The notes under the pieces were generated by a model that was given only the letters and a program-made list of their open reading frames with translations, was not told the origin of the DNA and searched no databases. A program made the translations under genes and the position numbers. From Phycisphaeraceae bacterium (GTDB lineage Bacteria > Planctomycetota > Phycisphaerae > Phycisphaerales > Zrk34), in the NCBI GenBank assembly GCA_040905565.1, contig JBBDRF010000092.1, forward strand, positions 64,001-128,000: a stretch of DNA of 64,000 bases, read 5' to 3'. This document shows positions 19,417 through 28,618 of this stretch, piece by piece. Within the stretch, counting starts at the first letter, position 1. The number at the start of each line of letters is the position of its first letter.

Positions 19417-20645
19417 CAACTGACCTCCCATCGGTAAAACGGCCACGGCCCCTCGCCGCCCGCGTTCGGCGGCAACTGTACAAATCCATCACTCTTCGCA
19501 ATCGAAACCACGTCCCCCGACCCCCGCGTGGGCACCAGTTCCGCGAGCCCGTCACCGATCACACGGACCGGGCGGTGCAACCACAAGCTAATGACTTTAC
19601 TATCGTTATACTCGCGTAATCGCACCACGGGTTGATGCTGAATCGGATGACGCCAGCCCGCGAGTTTCCGAAGCAGCGGGATGCCGATCAGGCGCGCGGT
19701 GACCATCACCGACATCGGATTACCCGGCAAGCCCACCACCAATTGCCCCCTCGGACCGATCGCGCCAAGCAGCGGTTTTCCCGGCCGAATCGGCAGTTTG
19801 TGGAACACCAACTCACACCCCGCCTGCCTGAGAATCTCGGGCACAAAGTCGTGCGTCCCCATCGAAACGCCACCCGTCAGCAGCAGCGCATCGGAGCGGT
19901 GCAACGCATCGATCACCGCTTGCATCAACGCGTTACGATCATCCGCTGCCCGCTCGCTGCGCTGGCAGTTCACCCACGGCAGCCCGTGCAACAGCGTGCG
20001 TAAAGCCGGTCCGTTGGAATCACGAATCTGCCAGTCGGCTGCGGGTTCGCCGGGCTCCAGCAGTTCATCGCCCGTGATGATCAGCCCCACACGCACCCGC
20101 TTTCGCACGGCTAGTCGCCCTGATCCGAAACTGGCGAGGGCCGTCGCGACAGCAGGCGTGACGGGATGCCCCGCTTCGAGGACGGGTTCGTTGGCAGCGC
20201 CGTTCTCGCCGCGTCGGCGGATGGACTGGCCGGGCTTGATGGCGGCTGCGTTGTGCAGCACGACCCAGCCCTCGCCCTCGTCGGTATCTTCACGGCGGAT
20301 CACCGCCTCGGCCCCCGGAGGCACCACCGCCCCGGTCATGATGCGCATCGCCTTGCCACGCTCAAGAGGCTGACTCGGCTGGCCCGCCAGGATCGTCCCC
20401 GCGACAGGCAGTCGCCCGCCTTCTGCCTGAGTGGCATCGCTGAGGCGAAGGGCGTAGCCGTCCATCGCGCTCACGTCGGCAGGGGGGGATGGGCGGTCGG
20501 TGCGGATCGGCTCGGCACACACGCGCCCAGCGGCGTGTGCCAAAGTCACATTCTCCGTCGCCAGCGGATCGAGCCGGCGCAGCATGGCTTCGATCGCCTC
20601 GGTCGGGCTAAGTGGTGGAGAGGGTGGGGGGGTGGGGGGGGTCAC
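19413..20645 (-). CDS. moeA: Molybdopterin molybdenumtransferase
   Basis: SAMDGYA, IMTGA, TGDEL, IRDSNG, TGGVSMG, RPGKP, GLPGNP; GTG start inferred. Confidence 0.95.
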   Translation of the reverse strand: MTPPTPPPSPPLSPTEAIEAMLRRLDPLATENVTLAHAAGRVCAEPIRTDRPSPPADVSAMDGYALRLSDATQAEGGRLPVAGTILAGQPSQPLERGKAMRIMTGAVVPPGAEAVIRREDTDEGEGWVVLHNAAAIKPGQSIRRRGENGAANEPVLEAGHPVTPAVATALASFGSGRLAVRKRVRVGLIITGDELLEPGEPAADWQIRDSNGPALRTLLHGLPWVNCQRSERAADDRNALMQAVIDALHRSDALLLTGGVSMGTHDFVPEILRQAGCELVFHKLPIRPGKPLLGAIGPRGQLVVGLPGNPMSVMVTARLIGIPLLRKLAGWRHPIQHQPVVRLREYNDSKVISLWLHRPVRVIGDGLAELVPTRGSGDVVSIAKSDGFVQLPPNAGGEGPWPFYRWEVSC

Positions 20646-20651
20646 GGTTGT

Positions 20652-20661
20652 ACTATACAAT
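20652..20661. promoter_or_regulatory. Overlapping back-to-back -10 hexamers for divergent moeA and moaD
   Basis: TACAAT (20656-20661) lies 7 nt before the moaD ATG; TATAGT on the minus strand (20652-20657) lies 6 nt before the moeA GTG. Confidence 0.55.
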
Positions 20662-20668
20662 CTTGACC

Positions 20669-20953
20669 ATGCGTGTCACCGTAAAGCTATTCGCCAACGA
20701 GGCCAGGCTGGCCGGCAGTCGGGAGATCGAACTGGAACTTGCCAGCGAGGCCCCGACTGCAGCCGATGTCCGCCGTGCCTTGGCCGAGCGACTCCCGGCC
20801 TTGAAGAATCAACTGACCCAGCACGCGGAAAAGGCAGCGGGCAAGGTGGGGGGGGGTGGGGGGGTTGCGGTGAATTATGAGTTTGTGGATGACGCGACGG
20901 TGATTCAGGCTGGCGATGAGATCGCCTACATCGGGCAGGTGAGTGGCGGATGA
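20669..20953 (+). CDS. moaD: Molybdopterin synthase sulfur carrier subunit
   Basis: MRVTVKLFA, AVNYEFV, GDEIA and C-terminal VSGG. Confidence 0.93.
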   Translation: MRVTVKLFANEARLAGSREIELELASEAPTAADVRRALAERLPALKNQLTQHAEKAAGKVGGGGGVAVNYEFVDDATVIQAGDEIAYIGQVSGG

Positions 20954-21336
20954 GCGTTCACGTTTACATCGTCGATCATCCGCTGACCGAGGCAGCGGCG
21001 TGGCAGGTGCCGACTGGTGCGGGGGCGGTGCTGTGTTTCGAAGGCATCGCGCGGCCGCACGAAGATGATCGCCCCATCAAAGCACTGGATTACGAAGCGT
21101 ACCAGCCGATGGCGGAGCGGATGCTTCGGCGGATTGGCGAGGAAGCGGTGGCCGAGCATGGGCTGCTGGGGCTATGCGTGGAGCATTCGACGGGGCGCGT
21201 GGCAGCGGGGGAGTGTTCGTTCCGGCTGCGCATCGCTTCGGCACATCGCAAGGAGGGGCTGGCTGCGATGGATCAGTTCATCGACCGCATGAAGCAGGTC
21301 GTGCCGTTGTGGAAGCAGGCGGTTTACGTGGAGTGA
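20950..21336 (+). CDS. moaE: Molybdopterin synthase catalytic subunit
   Basis: GAVLCFEGIAR, LDYEAYQPMA, SAHRKE, KQVVPLWK. Confidence 0.95.
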   Translation: MSVHVYIVDHPLTEAAAWQVPTGAGAVLCFEGIARPHEDDRPIKALDYEAYQPMAERMLRRIGEEAVAEHGLLGLCVEHSTGRVAAGECSFRLRIASAHRKEGLAAMDQFIDRMKQVVPLWKQAVYVE

Positions 21337-21369
21337 GTTGAGCACGCCGAGGTGGTCGTCGGTCGGATG

Positions 21370-21396
21370 CACTGGTGGACAAGCCACCAGTGGCAC
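21370..21396. repeat. REP-like hairpin, type B
   Basis: CACTGGTGG-ACAAG-CCACCAGTG perfect 9-bp stem followed by GCAC, between convergent genes. Confidence 0.65.
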
Positions 21397-21409
21397 GCAA
21401 CGGGTCGAA

Positions 21410-21446
21410 CCGGGCCGTCTCGCTGCGCTCGCTGGCCCGGGCACCC
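21410..21446 (+). repeat. REP-like palindromic repeat, family A
   Basis: CCGGGCCGTCTCGCTGCGCTCGCTGGCCCGGGCACCC; stem arms covary relative to the 30211 copy. Confidence 0.8.
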
Positions 21447-21514
21447 TGCCGTCTTCGTTTCAGGCGTAGCGGAACTCAACAGAACGGGACGGTTCGCAGG
21501 CGTCCGACACACAA

Positions 21515-21538
21515 CCGCTCCCTTACGGTCGCGGCTCG
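21515..21538. repeat. REP-like imperfect hairpin, type C
   Basis: CCGCTCCCTTACGGTCGCGGCTCG, an imperfect CCGC..GCGG stem; single copy in the window. Confidence 0.5.
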
Positions 21539-21548
21539 TAGTGAGCGT

Positions 21549-22139
21549 TTATGGGCGGCTGGGTGTTTGGCCGAGGGCGTTGGTGTAGCTGTATTCGAAG
21601 AGCAGCCACCATTCGCGCATCTGGATTTTCAGGCAGATATCGCGGAGGCGTTCGGAGGCAGGGTCGGCGGCCTGTTGGCACAGGTCGACAAACGTGGCGG
21701 GATTCCAGCGGCCTTCACGCTGAAGGTCCGACGTGCGGGCGTCGGCGCTCTGGCTGGCGAGCACCAGGGCGTCCTGATAGAGCGGTTCGAAGACGGGATG
21801 ATCACCCGCTTTGCTGAACCAATACTTGGCGTTGGGGTAGTCGGGCTCGCGGCGGTGGAGGATGCCGTGCCAGTAGCTGCCGGTCGGGGTGTGAATTGCC
21901 TGGCTGATGGCGTGGGAGGCATCGAAATGATCGTGGTAGAGTAGGACGCCGGCGACGGCTGCCTCGGCCATCTGTTTGTCAACCACATTCCGCCCGGCGA
22001 AGGCGTTTTCGACACTCAGGCTGCCGAGCTTTTCTGTCAGAGAGGAGGCCGGCTCGCCCGGGCCGAGGGGCATGGTGCGAGGCTGGCTTAGAAGATCGCC
22101 GAAGACGGTCCCGAACTGTGCGGTCTGTGTGTCATCCAT
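21549..22139 (-). CDS. Conserved hypothetical helical protein
   Basis: SHAISQ...YWHGILHRREPDYPNAKYWF...EWWLLFEY motif-rich ORF; TATAAT just upstream. Confidence 0.8.
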   Translation of the reverse strand: MDDTQTAQFGTVFGDLLSQPRTMPLGPGEPASSLTEKLGSLSVENAFAGRNVVDKQMAEAAVAGVLLYHDHFDASHAISQAIHTPTGSYWHGILHRREPDYPNAKYWFSKAGDHPVFEPLYQDALVLASQSADARTSDLQREGRWNPATFVDLCQQAADPASERLRDICLKIQMREWWLLFEYSYTNALGQTPSRP

Positions 22140-22293
22140 GATGGATCGATTATATCCGGCTCAAACCACTTATATCAACCGGGGCGAAGATTGGATGCAA
22201 AAAAGTTTGCACGCCACTTTAACGGTGTTATACTTGACAGATGCAAGCTTTTCAGGCTTGCATTTATAACTTTGCCCCCGGAAGGGCTCGGTC

Positions 22294-23220
22294 TCACGTT
22301 TTCGTGGGCCGGGCCTTTTTAGTGTCACCATCTCCGGCGATGGTCTTGAGGAAGGTCGCGAGGGCTGAGCCGTAGCGACGCGGTTCGGTGGTGACCGCCT
22401 GAAGATGGCCGGCGTCGGTGAAGACTTCAAGCCGGGCATTCGGGGCGGCATCGGCGAGGTCGGAAGCGTGCTGCAGGGGCACGATCGGATCGTCGGAGCC
22501 GTGGATCACCAGCAAAGGCTGGCGTAGACGCGCCGCGGTCTTGACCGCATCGAACCCGCCGAACCCGGGCCGCCAGATGCGTAAAGCTGCCGCTCCCAGC
22601 CACAGCAGCGGGAAGGTCGGCAGCCGGCGCTGCTGCATGAACAGCCGCACCGCATCGACGGCCTGGCGATACGGTGAATCGACGATCACCGCGGCCACTT
22701 CATCAAGGCTGCTACGTCGGGCGGCTTCGAGCGCCACGGCAGCGCCCATCGAAAGGCCGAACAGGACGACGGGGTGATTGGGGATCGACTTTTGTAAGTG
22801 CTGAACGATGGCTTTCGCGTCGCGCCGCTCCGCTCGACCCCATTCGCAGGTGGCGCTGGTCGATTCGCCGTGGCCCCGCTGATCGAACAGCACGATTCGG
22901 CTGGCGTGGGGGCGCAGCATCGCCAGCCATGCGAGGCCGCTGAGACGGCTGCCGCCCCAGCCGTGGAGCATGATGAGAATCGGGCCCTCGGCGGCTGACC
23001 CCTCGACGAGCCAGAGTTCGGTTTCGCTGCCGTCGAATTGCGTCACGCGGTGCGTTTCGAAGGGCAGGTCCATTTCGCCGGGGTCGGTGGGCAGCCCGCG
23101 CGCCAACTGCGTGGTAAAAGTCCGCCGAGGTGGATGCGTCAGCGCATGGACGAGCATGGCGGTGGCGATAGCCAGCACCGCCAGTAATGCGACGAACATG
23201 AGAATTAGAAATCCAGCCAT
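22294..23220 (-). CDS. Alpha/beta-fold hydrolase with N-terminal TM anchor
   Basis: LHGWGG, DQRGHGES, GLSMG nucleophile elbow, IHGSDDPIV, AGH. Confidence 0.93.
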   Translation of the reverse strand: MAGFLILMFVALLAVLAIATAMLVHALTHPPRRTFTTQLARGLPTDPGEMDLPFETHRVTQFDGSETELWLVEGSAAEGPILIMLHGWGGSRLSGLAWLAMLRPHASRIVLFDQRGHGESTSATCEWGRAERRDAKAIVQHLQKSIPNHPVVLFGLSMGAAVALEAARRSSLDEVAAVIVDSPYRQAVDAVRLFMQQRRLPTFPLLWLGAAALRIWRPGFGGFDAVKTAARLRQPLLVIHGSDDPIVPLQHASDLADAAPNARLEVFTDAGHLQAVTTEPRRYGSALATFLKTIAGDGDTKKARPTKT

Positions 23221-23260
23221 TCAATACGCAGCATAGCGGGAAAGTGGGGAGCGGGGTGGG

Positions 23261-23289
23261 TTGACGAGGCGGGGCATTCGTGCCATCTT
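23261..23289 (+). promoter_or_regulatory. Putative sigma70 promoter
   Basis: TTGACG-17 nt-CATCTT with extended TG, upstream of an AGGAG RBS and the 23320 ORF. Confidence 0.45.
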
Positions 23290-23319
23290 GAGCGGACTTG
23301 TATTTAGCTCAGGAGCAAC

Positions 23320-24153
23320 GTGATGAGTGATCCCGCAAAGCGGCTTGGTGTGTGCAGTTGGTCCCTTCAGCCGGAGACGCCTGCCGAGTTGATCGCTGCG
23401 ATGAAAGAGATCGGGCTGGACCAGGTGCAGCTGGCACTGGATCCGTTGCGAGAGTCGCCGCAGTGGGCGGAGGCGCCGCAGCAGCTGGCGGACGCGGGCA
23501 TCAAGATTATCTCGGGCATGTTCGCCACGATCGGTGAGGATTACAGCACGCTGGAATCGATCCGGAAGACCGGCGGCATTGTGCCTGATGAGACGTGGGC
23601 GCAGAACTGGGCGAACATTGAGCGGACGGTGCCGATCGCGGAGAAGCTGGGCATTCGCATCATGCTGTTCCATGCGGGCTTTATTCCGCACGAAGCGGGC
23701 AACCCGACGTGGGAGAAGGTGCGCGACCGGGTGGGGCAGATTGCGGACCTTTATGCGGACGCGGATGTCACGCTGACGCTTGAGACGGGGCAGGAGGATG
23801 CGCCGACGCTTTTGAAGTTCATCAGCGAAGTCGATCGGCCGAACGTGGCGGTGAACTTCGATCCGGCGAACATGATTCTTTACGATAAGGGCGATCCGGT
23901 GGAGGCGTTGCGGACGCTGATGCCGCACGTCAGGCATATCCATATCAAGGACGCCGACCGCACCACGACGCCCGGCACATGGGGCACGGAGAAGCCGGCC
24001 GGTGAGGGGCAGGTCGACTGGGATGGCTTCTTTGCGGTGCTCGATGATGAACGCTACCAGGGCTACCTGGCGATCGAGCGTGAAGGCGGCGACCAGCGCG
24101 TGCAGGATATCCGCACGGCCAAGGAGATGGTGCTTCAGTACCTCGCCACGTAA
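23320..24153 (+). CDS. Sugar phosphate isomerase/epimerase (TIM barrel)
   Basis: GVCSWSL, LETGQE, NFDPANMILY, HIHIKDA, LAIERE. Confidence 0.92.
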   Translation: MMSDPAKRLGVCSWSLQPETPAELIAAMKEIGLDQVQLALDPLRESPQWAEAPQQLADAGIKIISGMFATIGEDYSTLESIRKTGGIVPDETWAQNWANIERTVPIAEKLGIRIMLFHAGFIPHEAGNPTWEKVRDRVGQIADLYADADVTLTLETGQEDAPTLLKFISEVDRPNVAVNFDPANMILYDKGDPVEALRTLMPHVRHIHIKDADRTTTPGTWGTEKPAGEGQVDWDGFFAVLDDERYQGYLAIEREGGDQRVQDIRTAKEMVLQYLAT

Positions 24154-24211
24154 GCAGTCGGCAACGGCGGGGGAAGGGGCATCTTTCACTCTGTCATACA
24201 GGAACCTTCAC

Positions 24212-25216
24212 ATGGTTCGCATCGGTATCATCGGGCTTGGTTTCATGGGACGTATGCACATCGGTGCGTACGAAAAGATCGAGGGCGCCCAGCTCGTGGC
24301 GATCAGCGATCAGGACGCCAAGCGGGCGGCGGGCGACTTCTCGGGCGGCTGGGGCAACATGGAAGGGGCGGCGGATAAGCTCGATATGACCGACGTCCGC
24401 GGCACAACCGATTACCATGAGCTGCTCGGCTGGGACGATGTGGACATGGTCGACATCTGCGTGCCGACGCCGTTCCACGTGGACGTGGCCACCGCAGCGC
24501 TCAAAGCAGGCAAGCATGTGCTGTGTGAGAAGCCGTTGGCGCTTGATAGCGATGCCGCTCAGCAGATCGCGGACGCGGCGGCCGGGGCAGAGGGGCTGTT
24601 CATGCCGGCCATGTGCATGCGGTTCTGGCCCCAGTGGCGCTGGATCAAGCAGGCGGTGGATGAGGGGCGGTACGGGAAGGTGCTCGACGCGAGCTTCAGG
24701 CGGGTGGGCGCGATGCCGCCGGGCTGGTTCTCTAACGGTGAGATGTCAGGCGGGGCGATTCTGGACCTGCACGTTCACGATACTGACTTCGTCTACCACA
24801 TGCTCGGCATGCCGCAGGCGGTCTATAGCCGAGGCTATTCACGCCATACGGGACGGACGGATTACATCGTCACGCAGTACGATTTCGGCAAGGATGGGCC
24901 CGTCGTCAGCTCCGAAGGCAGTTGGTCGATGCAGGACGCGTTCGGCTTCTCCATGCGATGCACGGTCAACTTCGAGAAGGCCACGGCCGACTTCACGATC
25001 GACAACGAGCAGGGCCTGATCGTTCACGAAGGCGACAAATCCACGCCGATCGAGATGGACTCGGACGGTTACCACGAAGAGTTGCGGTACTTCGTCGATT
25101 GCGTCGCCAATAAGCGGAAGCCGGAGATTGTGACGGCCGAGGACGCGGTGCAGAGCATCAAGATCGTCGAAGCAGAGGCCCGGTCGATTGAAACGGGGGA
25201 AGTCGTCCGCCTGTAG
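24212..25216 (+). CDS. Gfo/Idh/MocA family oxidoreductase
   Basis: GIIGLGFMG, HVLCEKPLA, GGAILDLHVHD. Confidence 0.94.
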   Translation: MVRIGIIGLGFMGRMHIGAYEKIEGAQLVAISDQDAKRAAGDFSGGWGNMEGAADKLDMTDVRGTTDYHELLGWDDVDMVDICVPTPFHVDVATAALKAGKHVLCEKPLALDSDAAQQIADAAAGAEGLFMPAMCMRFWPQWRWIKQAVDEGRYGKVLDASFRRVGAMPPGWFSNGEMSGGAILDLHVHDTDFVYHMLGMPQAVYSRGYSRHTGRTDYIVTQYDFGKDGPVVSSEGSWSMQDAFGFSMRCTVNFEKATADFTIDNEQGLIVHEGDKSTPIEMDSDGYHEELRYFVDCVANKRKPEIVTAEDAVQSIKIVEAEARSIETGEVVRL

Positions 25217-25307
25217 TTCGTTAGCGGGCGATCGAAGATCGCCGTGGGCGTGCGTGGGGGAAGTGGCTATCTGCGATCGCCCGCTAACCTCATGCGCGAC
25301 GTCAATT

Positions 25308-25937
25308 TCACTCCGCCAGGTTCAGGCGCGCCGCCTGGCGTGCGAGTTTGTTTTCGCGCCGGCGTTCCTTGAAGAACTGACGCAGAATGCCTCGGCACTC
25401 GGGGGCGAGCACGGCGCGGATGATCTGCGGCTGGTGGTTAAAGCGCGTGTCGTCGCACAATTCGTACAGCGATTCCACGGCACCCATCTTTGGATCATTC
25501 GCACCATAGACCAGGCGACCAAGGCGGGCGTTGATGATCGCCCCGGCACACATGGGGCACGGTTCGAGCGTAACCGCCATGGAGCAGTCGTTCAGCCGCC
25601 ACTCTGAAAGCACCTGCGATGCCTGCCTGAGCGCGAGCACCTCAGCATGTGCGGTAGGGTCGCGATCGGATTCACGGAGATTGTAGGCCTCTGCGATCAC
25701 TTCCTCGCCTCGGTACACCACCGCACCGACGGGCACCTCTTTCACATCCCAAGCTTCGTAAGCCAGTTCGATCGCGCGTTGCATCATGCGCAGGTCGGTC
25801 TCGCTGGCGTAATGATGGTCCAGTTCGGTCGTTCGTATCGTTGCCATGAAACGTCTCCACAACGCCGCCATCCACGATCGATCGCGTGTCGACCGATCGC
25901 GCGATGGGGGTTGTGTCTGTATCGGCTGGACGCTCAT
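25308..25937 (-). CDS. tadA: tRNA adenosine(34) deaminase
   Basis: EVPVGAV, DPTAHAE, TLEPCPMCAGA, DPKMGA, FF..RR. True start may be 25847. Confidence 0.94.
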   Translation of the reverse strand: MSVQPIQTQPPSRDRSTRDRSWMAALWRRFMATIRTTELDHHYASETDLRMMQRAIELAYEAWDVKEVPVGAVVYRGEEVIAEAYNLRESDRDPTAHAEVLALRQASQVLSEWRLNDCSMAVTLEPCPMCAGAIINARLGRLVYGANDPKMGAVESLYELCDDTRFNHQPQIIRAVLAPECRGILRQFFKERRRENKLARQAARLNLAE

Positions 25938-26003
25938 GGTGAATTTCTACAGGGCGATCGCCACCCTTATCGGGCATGATAGCGCCACTTATCGGGGCGT
26001 AGA

Positions 26004-27020
26004 TCAGTTAACCCCGGAGCCCCAAGCTTCCTCAGGCGGCGGGCCGAACCACTTGACCAGCAGCAGACCAAGCTCGTAGAGGGCGTACATCGGGATGGCG
26101 AGACCGACCTGGCTGAATGGATCGGCCGGGGTCACGATGGCGCTGACCACCACGATCGCCAGCAATGCGTACCGCCTCACCGAGGCCATCTGGTAGTAGC
26201 TGACGATGCCGACCTTGCCGAGCACCAGCATCACCAGGGGGAGCTGGAAGGCGATCGAGAAGGCCAGCGCCAGCAGCATCACCAGATTGATGTACTGGTC
26301 GATCTGGATCAGCGGATCCATCATGCTGCGTGAGGCGGTGAGGCGGGTGTGCCAGATGAGCCCATCTTCACCGACGATGCGGAGTTGGCGGCTGGTGATG
26401 TTCAGCCACATATCGCCGATTTCAGGTTCCGCCGGGTCCATGCGCAGGCGCGGGATATTAAGGGGTAGGACCTCTGGATCTTCAATGGGGTCGTCGACCT
26501 CGTCGCCGCCGCTGGTGGCGCGGGAGACCTGCTGCTGCATGAGCGTTTCGTTGAGGTCGGGCATTTCGAAGCCGACGGCGAAGTTCAGCAGGAACCAGAG
26601 CATCATCGGGAGCATGACGTAGTAGAGGAACGCCACGCCGACGATCATGAGCCCGGTCGAGGCGGGGATGAGCATGCGCACCATCCGCTGCTCGGTGTGA
26701 TACAGACCGGGCCCCACGAACAGCCATAACTGCCAGAAAAGCCAGGGGATGCCGATGATGAGCCCGCCGAGAAGGCTGACTTTGAGGTAGACGGCGAAGG
26801 CGCTGGTCACGCTGGGGTTGATCAGCCTCGGTTCCAGGCCGACCTGATCCATCGCCACCAGGACGGGTTGTGCGAGGAAGCCGACGACCTGCTTGCCGAA
26901 GACGAGCATGACGATGGCAGCGATGAGCGGCCCGATGATGCCGAGGAACAAGCGCCAGCGCAGCTCTTCCAGGTGCTCGCCGAGGCTCATGCGTAGGTCT
27001 TCGGGGTTCTGTGCGGCCAT
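26004..27020 (-). CDS. tatC: Twin-arginine translocase subunit TatC (with large loop insertion)
   Basis: MSLGEHLEELR, QLWLFVGPGLY, FQLP, TPADPFSQ, PMYALYE. Confidence 0.95.
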   Translation of the reverse strand: MAAQNPEDLRMSLGEHLEELRWRLFLGIIGPLIAAIVMLVFGKQVVGFLAQPVLVAMDQVGLEPRLINPSVTSAFAVYLKVSLLGGLIIGIPWLFWQLWLFVGPGLYHTEQRMVRMLIPASTGLMIVGVAFLYYVMLPMMLWFLLNFAVGFEMPDLNETLMQQQVSRATSGGDEVDDPIEDPEVLPLNIPRLRMDPAEPEIGDMWLNITSRQLRIVGEDGLIWHTRLTASRSMMDPLIQIDQYINLVMLLALAFSIAFQLPLVMLVLGKVGIVSYYQMASVRRYALLAIVVVSAIVTPADPFSQVGLAIPMYALYELGLLLVKWFGPPPEEAWGSGVN

Positions 27021-27100
27021 AGCGGGCTATATCACCACGGAACGCCCACTTTGGCAAGAGGTAGGGGCGATTGGGGGGCAGAAAATCCGAAACGGGAGGT

Positions 27101-27499
27101 TCAGTTGCTGGTGACGGTACGCCGTCCGGACCGTTTCGCGGTGGATTTTGAAGCGGATTTGGTACTGACCCGCTTGGCCTGCCCGTTGCGGTGGGGGGCC
27201 TCGCCGTTGCCGTTCGTTGCCGTTTTGCCGTTGCCGTTGCCGTTGGAAGAAGCTGCGGCACCGTTGGCGTCGCCGTTCTCAGCGGTTTTACGGGGACGAA
27301 TTTTTCCGATCGCCAGGCGCTGAACGTGTTCTGAAGCGTACCAGACGCCCTTGCTGTAGGGTCGATGTGCCGCCCGGACGCAAACGAAACCTTCGCCGTC
27401 CTCGGATTTCAGGCCGCAGACCTTGCCCTTCATATCTCCGGAAACCGGGGCTACGACGTCGCCTTTGCTTAATTCCAAACCGTTGATATCACATACCAT
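27101..27499 (-). CDS. Small hypothetical protein: KOW/SH3-like barrel plus N/G- and K/R-rich disordered tail
   Basis: DINGLELSKGDVV...KGKV beta pattern; GGAG RBS upstream of ATG 27499; low-complexity basic tail. Confidence 0.6.
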   Translation of the reverse strand: MVCDINGLELSKGDVVAPVSGDMKGKVCGLKSEDGEGFVCVRAAHRPYSKGVWYASEHVQRLAIGKIRPRKTAENGDANGAAASSNGNGNGKTATNGNGEAPHRNGQAKRVSTKSASKSTAKRSGRRTVTSN

Positions 27500-27913
27500 G
27501 AATCTAACCACTCCGGGATAATGCCGTTCGCGAGGTAAGCTGTTAGCTGACACATGGTAGGCAGTGAACGTGGGTCGGACCACCTTGATGCCTATCCGGC
27601 TATCCCTGAGCCACGGCGACCGGATCGGAGCGGAAACATCGGCGCCGAATGCCAACGCTCAGATACCAGAGTCAGCGCATGGGGTGCTGTCGAGCAGTCG
27701 GCAAGTCGTCGCTTGCGCGAGAGCATCGGCGATCGGCCTTGAGCCGTGAGCGGACACCGGCTTGAACGCCTTGTGTAAATCGACTTATCGGATTTTCAGA
27801 AAAGCTTGGCTCGCAGGGCCTTTCCGTGTTATATAAGAGGTACCCTCACACTAACATCGTGTGAAACCCGAGCACGGGCCAGACCTCGGCCTGATTCCTT
27901 TAAAGTGGACGCA

Positions 27914-28618
27914 ATGGGAGAGATAAAACGCCAAGCGGCGCAAGGAGACCATCGCACCCAGGCCCCATGCCTGATGCTGGTGCCGCGTGGTTTCGATGCG
28001 CCGTTGGAGTTGGTGGAGGGGACCTCCCAGCGAGGGGTCACGGTGGAGGAGGTGGGCGACGCGCCTTCGGTCATGGTGGCGCTGGCAAAGGGACGTTATC
28101 TGTCGCTGGTGATCGTGGAGCCGCAGGCAGTGCTGGAGCTGGCGGAGCTGATCGGCGCGGTCAAACAGTATTACCCCGCCGTTCCCGTCTGGCGGTACGG
28201 TGCTGACGAGAGGCCTCGACTCGAACGGCTCACACGGCCGGCATCGAAGCAGAATCTGTCGTCGGCGCGGGCCCAAGCGGAGCAGCCGCGCTCCAACAAC
28301 GGCATGAAGCACGACGCAGAGGATTCGGGCGAGAAAGATCCGCTGCGGCGTCCAGCGGCGAGCATGGCTCAGGCGAACGGCCGGGGCATCGCAGGACGCA
28401 TCGGTCCGGCGGCTCCGAAGGCGCCGATACGGGAGCCGCGCCATGCTGCCCACGGGAATCAGCAGGCAGACGATGGTGCGACCGACCGGGACGCATCGCG
28501 GCGGTTGCCTGAGATCAAGGTGACGCTGAGCGAAGAAGAATTAGCGATGCTGTTGGGTGATCGTGAGGAGACAGGCTCGTGGTCCAGCGACCCGAGTGAT
28601 CAGGAGACGCGGCCTTGA
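27914..28618 (+). CDS. Hypothetical protein with pseudo-receiver-like N-terminus
   Basis: Alternating beta/alpha pattern (YLSLVIVEP, YYPAVPVW), disordered linker, C-terminal LSEEELAMLL; TTGA-coupled to the downstream cyclase. Confidence 0.6.
   Translation: MGEIKRQAAQGDHRTQAPCLMLVPRGFDAPLELVEGTSQRGVTVEEVGDAPSVMVALAKGRYLSLVIVEPQAVLELAELIGAVKQYYPAVPVWRYGADERPRLERLTRPASKQNLSSARAQAEQPRSNNGMKHDAEDSGEKDPLRRPAASMAQANGRGIAGRIGPAAPKAPIREPRHAAHGNQQADDGATDRDASRRLPEIKVTLSEEELAMLLGDREETGSWSSDPSDQETRP

Noticed and set aside
18369..21336. Absence of moaA as a sign of a broken Moco pathway
   Set aside because: moaA is often encoded elsewhere; this cannot be judged from one window.
25967..25996. Tandem CCCGATAA (minus strand) upstream of tadA, and similar -10 boxes at 5930 and 27785, as sigma28 promoters
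   Set aside because: The -35 element is not at the 15-nt spacing seen in the pilus locus; too weak to call.
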